A stretch of DNA of 64,000 nt from NCBI GenBank assembly GCA_016748015.1, contig JAAOMT010000518.1, positions 445,556 to 509,555 of the forward strand, given 5' to 3'. This DNA is from Geosiphon pyriformis uo1. Taxonomy: Eukaryota; Fungi; Glomeromycota. Of this stretch, positions 13,520-26,400 are shown piece by piece. The position numbers were made by a program, and so were the translations under genes. Each line of letters begins with the position of its first letter. The stretch's first letter is position 1. The notes under the pieces are model-generated. The model saw only the letters and a list, made by a program, of their open reading frames with translations, made no database searches and was not told where the DNA came from.

Positions 13520-16500
13520 CTACACAGCTATATAAACCGAAACTGGATCACCTAAACCAGAAAAAAACAAACTGAATTTACAAAAGCCAAAACAAATACC
13601 AAAACCATTAGCAATACCAAGCAATTTGACTACACCAGCAGAAAACCTCGAAGTCAAACCAGAGACTGAGATAAGAGTCAAGCCATCAAGTAAAATTAAC
13701 CCATTCTTCTCTATATAAGCATGATGCTTAGCACGAACTGATCAGATATTAGCCCTAAAAGTAAAACCAAGAGAATACACAAATTCAACAACTTTCAAAC
13801 TGGCAACCTTAAGATTGTGGAAGATGGAGACAGCTTTACAAAACCAGCCATCAAAAACAAAACCTTTATAAAAAACTATGAACACATAAGAATCAGAGAC
13901 ACAGGATGACAACAGTTGCAATACACCCAAAAAGAAATGAGAAAGACCAGAAACTGCCTTCCAAGAGCTCATATAAGATTCTAATAAACACCACCAAGCA
14001 GATTCATTAACCTTACAAGAGAACACATGATCTAACACTTCCATCTCACCACAATATAAGCACAATACACTAAAATACAGCCTACTATAAAGACACTTCC
14101 AAACAGCAACTGGCAGCCAATAGTGCAAAGCTTTCATGAAATAAGTGTATGCATTAGCCAAGAGTTTGCTGGTGAAACCAGCAGCCATATGCGAGTCAAG
14201 ATGTCACACCAATAATAAGTAAAGCCAATCAACTTCAAAAAGCAAACAACCAGCCAAAAACTTAGAACCAGATCCAATCTTCCAGCACACACAGCAAACT
14301 GAATAATAAATATTATGAACAAAATATCTGAAGTTGCTAGAAACAATTCCACTATTAGCAATCAAAAAGTATTCATTTAGGCAGGAAGAAAGATGTCAAT
14401 TAAAGAGAGAAGCAGCACCAGCAATCGTGTCAATGCATTCATTACCCAAAATACCAAAGTGACCCTTCATCTTATGCCAGCTGACTTCCAAATTCTTACT
14501 GCAAATAGCATTGATTATATAATGATCTTCGACCCAACATTGATTATAAAAGTCAGGACATGCCAGACTCAATTCTGATTTACAAGCGTTTAAAGCAGAT
14601 TAACTATCCAAAAAAAGTAGAACAGAACTTGATGGGAGAACACATTTTAAAGCCAGTACAATAGCTTGCAACTCTGCCAAAGTAGACAACATCAAACCCA
14701 ATACACAAACACCCAAACCCAAATCAATGTCTTCAAAATATGTGGCAGCACCAGTTCTACAGCTGGCTGTGCCCAAATTACTAAGGGACCCATCCATGTA
14801 TACTGACAAGCTGCTAGCACCAGCTTGCAAAAAATGATCACAAACAGACACAAAGTTGCTAGATTCAAAAATATTCAAAGGACCAACACTATGCAAAAAT
14901 GGGAGGAGAACAGAAAAGGAGCCCATACCATTGAAAAATGTAATAGAAAGCTTGAACCACTCAAGAACAGAGCCACGAGAGTCTAATCTTTTCCAACACT
15001 TGAAGATATACCAATTAAATACAGCACTATAATGATCACAAAGTTGGTCAACAAAGGCAATACCATGCTGCTAAAGAGAAGAGAGAAACTTTGACTCACC
15101 CAGAACAGCAAACATTAGAACCCCATTGCAGAATCGAAAGAGAGTGGTCAAAGAGGCACTCAGAGATAATCCACAGTCAAGAAGAACACAAATTATGCCT
15201 GCCAAGAAGTTATTAGAAGCACTGATATGAATACGAACAGAAGAACTCAATGGATGAACAGGGTGCCAACACAAAACTTGTAGGTCATGGGACCTATAAG
15301 AAAATAAGCAGTCCACAATACCATCAGAGTTCACAAAACTAACAAGGAAGGCAATTTTACTTTCAGACTGAACTTGAGAAAAAAATTTCAAACCATAAAA
15401 AGAAGGATAGTAAATTGTATTACTGGGAAAATTGAGTGGCAAACCAGATTTAAGTTTCAAGTCCTTGTGAATAAGAGTATCCCACTTGTTACACACTTCA
15501 ACAAGAACAAAGCTAAACTGCATTTTATAGCTAACTATAAGATGGAGAACTGCTAAAACCAAATACAAAAGCTGTTTATTTGAGACAGCCTTCCATAGAA
15601 CCAGATTGGTGAAAAAACAAACATCTGAATTTGCCTTAGCTAAACTAGGCTTTGAAAGACCCTCAGTTGAAAGAAAAATACCCAAATACCAATGAAATTC
15701 ACCCTTTTTGGCAATAGAGATTGGTGAGCCACTGATAGAAAGAGACGGATTGCTAACCCTGCTATTAATAAGAATGGCCACTGTCTTGTCATTATTTATA
15801 AAAATGTTATTTATCTGAAAAAATTCACTAGCAATATCAAGAATATGTTGAGTGGTATTTCGATTGCTACCAACCCAAATTGTATTATCAACAAAAGTGC
15901 CAGCAGCAAAAAAAGAAGAAAGTTCAGCCCAAGATTCAGCACAACCATTTTTGGAAATAAAATGAGAATTCAACTTATACTTATACACACTCTCTTGACA
16001 CTTGATTTTACATAATAGAGGGTCATAAAATATGCACCATAGTAAAGAGAAAAAGACCTTTCTCTGGTCCAGATCATCATGTACCTAATAACCACTCATT
16101 AAACCAAAATCTGTCATAACATAATTGGTGCAATTCTTATAAATACTGCCAAAAAAACGTATGAACTTGCTGCACATCTTAATCCTGACTAAATTTTTTT
16201 CGAGATGCTTCCAGCCAACCAAATTATATGCCTTTTTCATATTCTGTAAAACCAACCAAAGCTTCCGATTCTTCTCTAAAGCATCTTCAATAACCAAACC
16301 AATTGCAAAAATAGGAGACTGAGTTGATATATTTTTCAAAACAGAAAAATTGTCCCCACAAAGAACATTAAAAGTGCTGCATGCTGTTACCAGATGAAAT
16401 TAGAGATATTGTTTAGCATGAAATTACCCTTATAAATCTTATCATTAATTAGCATATATTATCGTTTCAAATTATCACTTATTATATTAGCAAAATATCT

Positions 16501-19164
16501 GAAATTATCATTTAATTAATAACCCAATTTGTACATAACACAAATGTAACCTAAGTGTAATGATTAATCATACAATACCCCGAAATATGTAACATTCAAA
16601 AGTTCACTAAAATTTGTAGAAATTCACCAAAATAATTGATAGTTTACCAAAATATCTAATAGTTTGCAGAAATAACTTGTTGTTTGCCGAAATGTATCTT
16701 TAGTTTAGCAAAATTGTAGAAAAGAGCAAAGTTCAAGTTTATAGAATAGTGTTACAACAAGTTGTATAAAAAAAGAGCTTCTTTTTTTGAGAAAATGTAT
16801 CTTACTTTACATTTATTACTTAGAACCATTCCTACACACACAAAAAGAAATAAATATCAAATAATTTGAAAAACCAAATTCTTTAATTATTGCACTTGGA
16901 AAATCCCCAAAACCCAACTAACATTTTGAAATTAATTAGCTATCAATTTCAGTAAACTGTTAGTGACTCCAGGCCTGAATAGAAAACATTTCCCTTGATA
17001 GAATTCTATTTCTTTTACATTTCTTTTATTTTCTTATTACAATCATTAGGGTAGCTTACAGATGAGATTCCTGTAGAAGAGTTGACTTTCACAGCAAAGT
17101 AACTATACATTTTAGTGAGCTTCCAGACGAGCAATTCCTGAGAAAGAGTTAACGTTTACTACAATGTAACTACACAAAGCAACTGGCATGAAATTGGCCA
17201 TTCCATTTATAAGCCCAGCAGTTCAAATTATAGGAGATAATTTGAAGATAAATTCAGTTATCAGAGGTTCAAACACTTCTCATAATCATGAATTAACAGT
17301 ATTACAACAAACATACAAGAGCTAAGAAGAGACCAAAAACCTCTGGTAACAATGTCAACAAAATTCTATCTGATAGAATCTTAGAGAAAATCTTATAAGC
17401 CATCTCAATCAAAGCAATAGGTTGAGTATTCATAAGAACACCTTTCTATTTATACAGTTTGGGAATCATTGAGACTCAGGCCTCCTTCTAAGAGCCAGGT
17501 ACAGATTTATCAGACAAACAGGAATTTAAAAGCACCAAAAGCATATTCAGAACTGCTTTATTACAATGTTTCCAAAACTCATTTGATATACCTAAGAGAC
17601 CAGCAGCTTTATCATCAGGCATAAAAGAAACCACCCCAAACAGTTCATCAAACTCAATAGAACACATAACACCTGAAAAAGCTTTATCAAAAACATAATC
17701 CAAAGGTTGATATTGACAACACCAATTACCAGAGACATTATCAACCACTTGATGCTTTCTAGTCCAACCTTCCATAATGACATCAATCTTAGACTTAACC
17801 AAATTGGGTTTCAGGACAAGTTCATTATCAACAACCAGATGGTTGAATACCACTTTACGAAATAGGCACTTCAGCATATTCCTGATAGTATGATTCTTAT
17901 TAATCTCAAAGCTCTTCATCCTTTTATCTATAGCAGCTCTGATAGTTGCCTCCTTAGTTCTACAAAATTCAGCAAGTTTGGACATGTGATAAGCTTTTCT
18001 AGCACCACAAAGAGCAAAACAAACCCGATCAAAGCCTGTACCAGAATCCATAATGCTTTGAATGGCTAAAGCCCCAACACTGTCCAAAGAAACCCAGCAC
18101 TTCATAAGAGACTCAAAATTCACAATACTCTCTTCACATGAAGTCTTAACTATTTTAGAAACCAACAGCTCTAATTTGTGATATCTTGAAAATTCCTTGG
18201 TAAAAACATCATCAAAGCTCTTAAACCACTTCTTTTTGAACACTTCATTAGCCAAGAGAACCATAATTTTACAAACAACATTCCATATTGCATCTAAATC
18301 CAAGAACTTAACAAAGGCAGCAAACTTATTTGAAAACATCACAGCATTTGCCAACATAGCATTTTCAAAATTTTTCTATTTAGTTTTATCAGCACCCTTA
18401 AAATCAAACTTCCATCAGTCTCTATTCACTTGCTTGTGAAGAGAGTTTAGCTGCACATCCAAAAGCCCACCCAAATCCACAAACACAGCCCAATAGTTAG
18501 TATCAAAAAATTCATCAACATTAAACACATTATGACCCACTACTACATTAGCCAAATTCGAAGAAATGAACAAAAAATCAATAGTTTTAGCCATGTCTCA
18601 AGAGTTAGCCCATGTGGGCATTTTGACATAAGAACTTCCACCCAAAGAATTAACTAAACCAAGATCTAGGCACTTTCTGAAACTAGTACTTTTTCGAGAG
18701 CCATCTTCATTGAAGTCACCATCCAAAACAATAAAAGAGGATTTATTAACCACTTTAGCAATCATAGAATTAATATCATTAGCCTGAGAGAAATGAACAG
18801 CCAGAGATGCCCCAGCATAAAGCCTCAAGATAGACACAGAAAGTTTATTCTTGAATAGCAACTTGACCAATAGAAGCCAACCTGGCACCTCAGAAACCTT
18901 ACAAACATGACGAGTTAGAGAAGTGTTTATGATAATTGCAACTCCAGTACCAAGAAACCCTTTGTCTAATCCAGATGAAAAAACTCTAACTCCATTGAAT
19001 TTATTTCTAATTCAAAGCTTATTGCTAGATCTCAACTTTGTTTCTGTAATGATTGAAACCAAATTCCCAGAATCTCTATGTCAATAAACAACGTTCTTCT
19101 ACTTGGCAGGGACATTGATACTGCAAACATTACACATTGCAAAATTCCACATAAAATCATTTAT
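13520..19164 (-). pseudogene. LINE ORF2 (AP endonuclease, reverse transcriptase, RNase H, C-terminal Cys/His finger)
   Basis: APE motifs CNV..IN, ITETKL, GDFNE. RT motifs LQNMKKAYNLV, FYDPLL, FVDNT (from FVDD), YLGIF. RNase H motifs VYMDGS...AELQAI...FLDS. Finger CLYCGEMEVLDHVFSC. Interrupted by the solo LTR at 16385-17351. Confidence 0.88.
16385..17351 (+). mobile_element. Solo LTR (family C) inserted in the LINE RT domain
   Basis: Perfect 10-bp terminal inverted repeat TGTTACCAGA...TCTGGTAACA; 4-bp TSD ATGC/ATGT. Removing it restores the LINE frame (RILLACSTF). Confidence 0.92.
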
Positions 19165-21125
19165 TGAGAAATAAAAGAAGTTGACAAGCCCAAGCCAGAG
19201 CACAAACAATTCAATTTTTCTAAGACAGATTCAACCGACACCTCCAAAGCCACCATTTTGGATTCTAATCCACCTACTTTGGACATCAAAACTTTAGAAC
19301 TACTCAGACCAAGATCAGAAACTGGGTCAGTAACAATCGACAAAGATGGAAAAGGAGACACTGTTGTGACATCTAGAGCTATATCTGAGTCCAAATTGGA
19401 TACAACAGATGTGAAAACAACCAAAAGAGAGATAAGAGATTTGGATGCCAAAGGCACCAATTCCACAAAACTCAATTTTTTCATAATACCAGAAACTTGA
19501 TCTGTCAAAAGCTCTAAAGAGTGTTCCAGAAAAGCCAACCAATCAACCAAATAGGAATCACCAAAAGAATTAGAGTCCATTGGTACAGGCTTTGTGTCCA
19601 AAGATGAACTAGAACCTAAAAAATCTGATGAAATCACATGAGAGAAAAAACTACCAACAATTTGGGCTCAAGTTTTCTTACCAAAAGAAACTGGATAAGC
19701 AATTGGCACCTGCTTCTTTCTATATATGTTGGCCAAACAAATCCAATTTTAAAGAGTAACCACCCACTTACCACGAACACCAGAATTCCCACCCAATAAG
19801 CATGCTGTAGAAATATGACCAAACTGTTTGCAATGAGCACAATGGGCCAAAGAAAGACCAGTCCAGTGCAAATTTACATCCTTAAATACTAGAACAGAAC
19901 CAATAGCAGCCAATTTAGATGCCTCATTAACAAAGCACACAATTGCACATCTATCATGTACATAAGAGCTAGGATTACAGCCAATAAAACAAGTTTTCTT
20001 ACCATATGACTTCAACAAGTTTGAAAGATCATAAGCCATAGTACCAATTGGAAAAGTATAAAGCAAAGCTCGGTGTTAATCTCTGAATACCCATGTATGT
20101 TTATTATCTATAGCCTTTACTACATGAACAGAATCCTTTTTCATGATAACAGACCATCTAACTGTGACCAAATCAGCTACCTCAGATGACTTAAACTCCA
20201 CTAAAGCTTTTTGCCACAGACTGATCAATTGCATCTTGATTGATACAATTTTTCTAAATTTAGAAAAAACAGATTCTACAGCTAATTTGAGAAGATTGAC
20301 TGAAATCTCCTTAACAACAATTATCCAATCCAAATGTTTGTTTATCTGTTTAACATCAACATTTATCACAATTTTCTTATGAATTGCCAATTTCCTAGCC
20401 TTTTTTAGACTCAATTCAGATGTAAAAGAAGATCTAATAATTCCAAAAAATTTTAAGGGAGTCAACGCCCTCCCAAAACCATTAATTTGATAGAAGATTT
20501 TTTTTATTGTCATCAATTTATTACTATTAGTTTTTCCAGATACAGCTGATAATTTAACATCAAGCATGAAAGATTTGGCTGGCCTGAAATCGCATTTATC
20601 CAAGACACATGACTTAACAGCTGACAAACACTTAGCATCAGAAAATTTAGAAGCTAGAAGTGTTAAAACATCATTGTTACTGTTGCTTAAATTGTTAAAA
20701 GAAATCTTGTTCAGCTTACTACCTAAAACGTATGTTCTAGTACATGTCTTTCTGAGAGTAGCATCATCCATTTCATCATCAACTTTTGAAGCATTTGAAT
20801 CAGCGTAACTTGTTTCTTTTGCAATCATATTCTTCATGTTTTCCAAGTCTGAGATGCCGCTAATACTGCTCACTTCACTGTTTACTTCACTGTTCCATGA
20901 TCTCACAGGCTTGTCACTGTTAATAAGCATATCTATGAGAACCAGAGGGCCAGCAGATAACTCGACAATACTACCAACAACAGCAGGCTTCTTGGGTTTT
21001 TTATAAGATGCACTTCATGAATAAGCACTCATCTGACACTTGGTTTTAACACCCAACCAGGTCCCTAATTCAGCTGAAATAGACACTAACACACCAGTAG
21101 AAGAGCCTACCAGATTTATATTCAT
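19161..21125 (-). pseudogene. LINE ORF1 (RRM-like domains plus CCHC knuckle)
   Basis: VVKEISVNLLKLAVESVFSKFRKIVSIKMQL...KALVEF is RRM-like; CAHCKQFGHISTAC is a CX2CX4HX4C knuckle; the C-terminus is coiled-coil-like. Broken by stops and frameshifts. Confidence 0.8.
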
Positions 21126-21751
21126 AAACAAAGGTATGTTGGAAGAAATAACTGCGAAACTTATAAGAGTAAGGGAGAAAAGAAAATTTACTTCTTTAAA
21201 AAAATCAAGCTCTCATTGTGACCAGGGGATCTAATATTTATACAAATTATTTCAATAAAAACCATATTAAAAAACAACAAAATTCATAATTACTTTACTT
21301 AAAATTTTCCAAATTTAACAAATATTTTGAAATTAATTAGTTAGTAATTTTAGTAATTTATTAGTAACTTCAGGTCTAAACAAAAGACAATTCTTTTAAT
21401 AAAATTCTTTTTCTTTTATATTTCTTTTGTTTTTCTCATTATAATTATTAAGATAATTTATAAACAAGATTTTTATAGAAAAGTTGACTTTTACTACAAA
21501 GTAACTACATATTTTTTGTAAGCTTTTAGACAAATATTTTTGGAAAAAAGTTAATTTTTTTTGCAAAATAACTATATAAATAACTGGTACAGAATTGGTT
21601 ATTCTATTTATAAGTTCAACAGTTTAAATTATAAAAGATAATTTAAAATAAATTTAATTATTAGAGATTTACTAGCTTTTAATAATTAAGAAGTAACAGT
21701 AAAACAATAATAATAACATTCAAGAAAAGAGACCAAAAATTTTTAATAATA

Positions 21752-23000
21752 CTATTATTTTGCTATTGCTATTGGTTATTTTATTACTTATTATTTTATT
21801 GTTATTGTTAATTATTTTATTATATATTATTTTGTTGTTACTGTTATTTTGCTGCTTTTGTTATTACTGATTATTTTATTATTAGTTATCTTGCTGTTAT
21901 TGTTAATCATTTTATTGCTATAATTTGGTTTATTACTAATTATTATTACTTTTGATTTCTTGTTAAATTGGCTTTTTATTAACTGGTTTTATATTCAAAT
22001 TATTAGAAAAATCTTTTTTTTGTATAATTAATTATTTAAAAATAAACTTAAAAAAATAATTTATATAAAGTTTTTTTTCAAATATTATTTAATAAGATAA
22101 AAAGCCAGTAATTATAAAAACTTCTGTATTTATTGTATCTAAACATAAAAATAAATTAGTTATTGTTTAAATAATTTAACCAATATAAAAATAATATTTT
22201 TTACAAGTTATTTAATATAAATTATGTGATTAATTATTAGTTTCTTTATTTTTTATCTATTTTAACAATTTTTGTTAAAATATATTATTTGCTTATTTAA
22301 TTAATCTTTAGAATTAAAGATGTTTTAAGCATTTATTTATAATATAAATAGTTGGTTATATTTTTGTTAATTTTCTAATTATATTAGCTATAAACTTTTT
22401 ATTATTATTGGTTTAAAGAATAGTTAAAAGTTTAAATACAGTAAAAAGTTGAAAAAAAGCTTGTTATTTCTTTTATTTCTTTAGAAAAAAGAGCCATAGT
22501 TCAAAAAAATTTTGTAAAATAATTCTAAGTATAACAGATATATTTGTAAAAATTATCTGGTTAATTGTATATATCAATCAAATCTATTTGTAAATAATAT
22601 ATAAAGTCTTTTGTTAAAATCAGATTTATAGTTATTAATTAAGCTAAAAATTATTGTATAATATATTTAATACAGCAAAAATAAAACTGTTTTACTAAAT
22701 TTTTAAATATTCAAGTATATTTATTTTTAATCTATAAATAAAAAATTATTAGTATTTATTTATAAAAAATTAAATTAATATTATATATTATATTATAAGT
22801 TTTGCTTATTTTTTTATTTTTTATTTCTAAATAAAATTTACATAGTTTTTTATATAATTTTTTTTTTAAACAGACTGGTTTTTTTGTTTTTTTAAGATAA
22901 AGTATATTTTGTCTTTTGATTTGTGCAATATAAAAGATAGTACATACTTAATACTTTAATTTAGAATCGAAATTTTCTTCTTTAAAAGTATTTTTTAATA
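21752..23000 (-). other. Hyper-AT-rich decayed retroelement remnant (gag-like)
   Basis: Minus strand reads as Q/N-rich repeats with stops, resembling the gag regions of the neighbouring elements. Very low GC. Confidence 0.4.
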
Positions 23001-23154
23001 TTTTAATATATTGGTTTATGTAATCTTAAAAAAGCAAAGTTTTGACTTGTTTTTTTTCACTTCTAACTAATAAATAGCTTTCAAAAAGGTCAGAAAATGT
23101 TTTTTGAGTAAGTTATTCATAATTTATCAATGATAAATGGTGTTGAAAAGCCAT

Positions 23155-23330
23155 AAAAAAACGCGTCAAATATCAAAACTTTGATTTTTTGATTGGCTAA
23201 TGAAAGGGAAACTTTTTAATGGCCAATTAACCAAATAATGTAATTGGTTGAGTTGATTCGGAATCAACACAGTGTTGAATTAATGATTCCGAATTAACTC
23301 AAGTTGAATTAGAATCCCAAATCAACTTAA
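23155..23330. promoter_or_regulatory. Putative RPN2 promoter region
   Basis: ACGCGT (MCB-like) at 23161, CCAAT/ATTGG boxes at ~23192-23247 and nested inverted repeats at 23248-23328. It lies about 160-330 bp upstream of the ATG, where CpG content resumes. Confidence 0.45.
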
Positions 23331-23490
23331 ATCCTGTTCCAACTCATGACATATATAATAATATTAATGATAATAATAGTTTTTTTAATATAAATTACAA
23401 TTGAAGAGCATACATGTGAATTTAAGATCTATACCAAAAAATCTTATAAAATCAAAGCTTTCTATTTTGTTTTACCTTTGATCTTTCAAG

Positions 23491-26400
23491 ATGGTTGGAA
23501 TTACTTCAGCCGGTAAGCCTTTGGTCAAAAATTATCTGCCTCTGAGAACTCAAACCAAAGAATTGTAACGACCTAACTAATTAGAAACTATATTGGACTC
23601 AAGGTGGTATTATTGCCCTACTCGACGAGTCAGAAGAAGAACTTAAAATTTATGCCTTGCAAAAACTGAATACCTTGGTGGATCAATTCTGGGCAGAAAT
23701 TGCTGACGCGGTTTCCAAAATGCATGTCACTTTCAAATTTTCTCACCCTTCTTTTATGTTCTCTGATTTGCCCCTCTCATATTGATGGCTTATTCGATCC
23801 ACAACCTGGAGCTTTAAGATCGTAAAATATCTAAAATTTTAAAATATTTGCCTTCAACAGAGAAATACTTTATGAAGATGAGGGCTTTTCCGAGCGACCG
23901 CTTTCAGCATTAGTTGCCTCAAAAGTAAATTTTTGATTCAAAATGCCTCTTGAAAATTTCTACAATTTCTTTATTGATTTAATAATAAATTGGAAACAAG
24001 GTTTATTATCATCTCGGAGAATTTGATGATTCCTTAACTTTTGCGTTGGGTGCTGGAGATCTATTCGACGCATCATCCAAGTCGGAATATGTTGAAACAA
24101 TAATATGTAGGTTAAATGGGCATACAACATTATTTTAATATGAATATTAAAATGTTTAATTTTCCGTTTTTCTTTAGCTAAATGTATAGACCGGTATATC
24201 AGTCTACGTTTTGAGCAATATGAAAATCCATCTGGTGGAACTGAAATTGATCCTCGACTAGAAGATGTCGTCGAGCGAATGTTTAGAAGGTGCTATGACG
24301 ATGGCGAATACAAACAAGTAGGCTCAATACTTTTACCTGAGATAATCTTGGAAGAATTTTCATTATATTCTTCTCACCGATTAAGGTTTTGTATTGAAAT
24401 TAGGCTATTGGAATTGCCTTGGAAGCTCGTCGTTTAGATGTCATTGAACAGGCAATATCAAAAGGAAATTCATCTGAACTCTTATCCTACGTTTTAGAAG
24501 CTGGCATGACATTGGTACATAATCTGGATTTCAGAAACAAGGTCGAGCTAATTTGTTTACATGTCATATTATTGCCCAAATCTTGGTTCTTTTATATTAA
24601 TATTAGATATTTTATACAGGTTTTGCAGCTTTTAGTCAAACTTTATCAAAATCTTTCTGAGCCAGATTATACATCGATCAGTCAATGTTTTGTACATCTC
24701 AACGATCCGATATCCGCGGCTAAGCTTCTACAAGATCTGGTCACTAAGGGCGACGATGTTTGGAATTCATATTTTAATTTATCTTTAAAGTTATATTTGT
24801 ACGTTCTGTTCAACTTGACCCGTTCCTTGCCATTTCAATAGGTATATTTGCTGATAGCCTATCAAATCGCTTTTGACCTTGAAGATAATGCTACCCAAGA
24901 ATTTCTTCAAAACGTCGTACGTCAATTACCAGCCGGTGCAGTATCGACTACGGCAGAAAAGCAAGATTTACAACCAATGGAGACGGACGAGGCAGAAGAA
25001 CAAGTAATACATAACCCTTCTAAATAATTTTCAATAATAACTAAGCTTATCCTCTTACATTAATCAACTGTGGGGTATTGATGCTTAGCCTCAGAATCCA
25101 AATAACGAAAAATACGGTAAAATACGCAGCATACTCTCAGGTGAAGAGTCTATTAGGTTACATTTGGAATTTTTATATCGTAATAACCACACAGATTTGC
25201 TGATTTTGAAAAACACCAAGGTTTGTCATATAATATTATTTCTTGCTAAGAGTTCCATCGGAGAAATTTCTCAAGTTTTTTTTTCTCAGAATGCCTTAGA
25301 GTCCCGAAATTCTGTATATCATTCGGCAGTAACATTTGCGAATGCTTTTATGCACGCTGGGACCACTAGTGATGAATTTTTACGTCAAAACTTGGAGTGG
25401 CTCTCGCGTGCTACTAATTGGTCCAAATTTAGTGCGACCGCTGCTCTTGGCGTGATACACAAAGTATATACCCTTTCTTTGTTTAAAAAGACTTGCAAAG
25501 GCTCACCATCTATTTATGATCCCCTAGGGACACCTATCGCAAGGGCTTTCGTTATTGGCACCTTATTTACCCCAAGACGGAGTAAGTGTTAGTTCTTATT
25601 CGGAAGGTGGCTCTTTGTTTGCCTTGGGACTTATTCACGCAAATCATGGAGATGGTGTGCTGGATTATTTGCGAAACGCTTTGAAGAATACACCGACAGA
25701 GGTGCTTCAACATGGAGCATGCTTGGGTCTCGCTGCCGCTGGTATGGCGACTGGAAATGACGGTATTTCTTATTTCATTTTAGATTACCAACCATAAAAC
25801 GGCTTTTGAAGATTGTATTCTCTTACTTATGTTTACCTTCTATTGGACAAAAGGTATATACGAAGAACTTAGAAACGTACTCTTTAGTGATAGTGCTGTT
25901 GCTGGAGAAGCTGCTGGTCTTGCTATGGGTCTTGTTATGCTTGGGACTGCCTCTGACAGAGCTATAAAAGATATGATACAATATGCTCATGAAACTCAAC
26001 ACGAAAAAATTATCAGAGGCTTAGCTATTGGAATTTCTTTGATTATGTACGGCAGAGAGGAAGAAGCAGATGCCTTGGTGGAACAGCTTATACGAGATAA
26101 GGTAAGATATTTACGACATTCAAATAGTAAATTTTATTATTTTGAGGTTTATTCCTGATATAAATTAAATACTACAGGATCCTATTTTGCGCTATGGTGG
26201 TATTTATACTGTTGCTTTAGCTTATTGTGGAACAGGCAACAACAAAGCAATTAGGCGATTATTACATGTTGCCGTTAGCGATGTCAATGACGATGTGCGG
26301 CGTGCTGCTGTCACCGCGTTGGGATTCTTATTATTCAGAACTCCCAAGCAAGTTCCCCGAATAGTCCAATTACTATCAGAAAGCTACAATCCGAATGTGC

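Larger units (their letters stand above)
13389..21231 (-). mobile_element. Full-length non-LTR retrotransposon (LINE; APE-RT-RNase H-zinc finger), degenerate
   Basis: Two ORFs. The 3' tail (TAAAA)n lies at ~13389-13405, and a probable TSD TAATATTT lies at 13381-13388 and 21232-21239. It splits the 3' LTR of copy B. Confidence 0.9.
4844..21751 (+). mobile_element. Ancient, extremely AT-rich Gypsy copy B; interrupted by copy A, a solo LTR and a LINE
   Basis: Collinear remnants: gag ~5200-5800, protease ~6480-6800, Cys-rich ~7090-7700, dUTPase ~7860-8220, RT ~8780-9600 (ORF 9381-9593), integrase ~11190-12240, ORF3 ~12400-12970. The 3' LTR is split into 12981-13388 and 21232-21751 and matches LTR family C. 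Confidence 0.8.
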
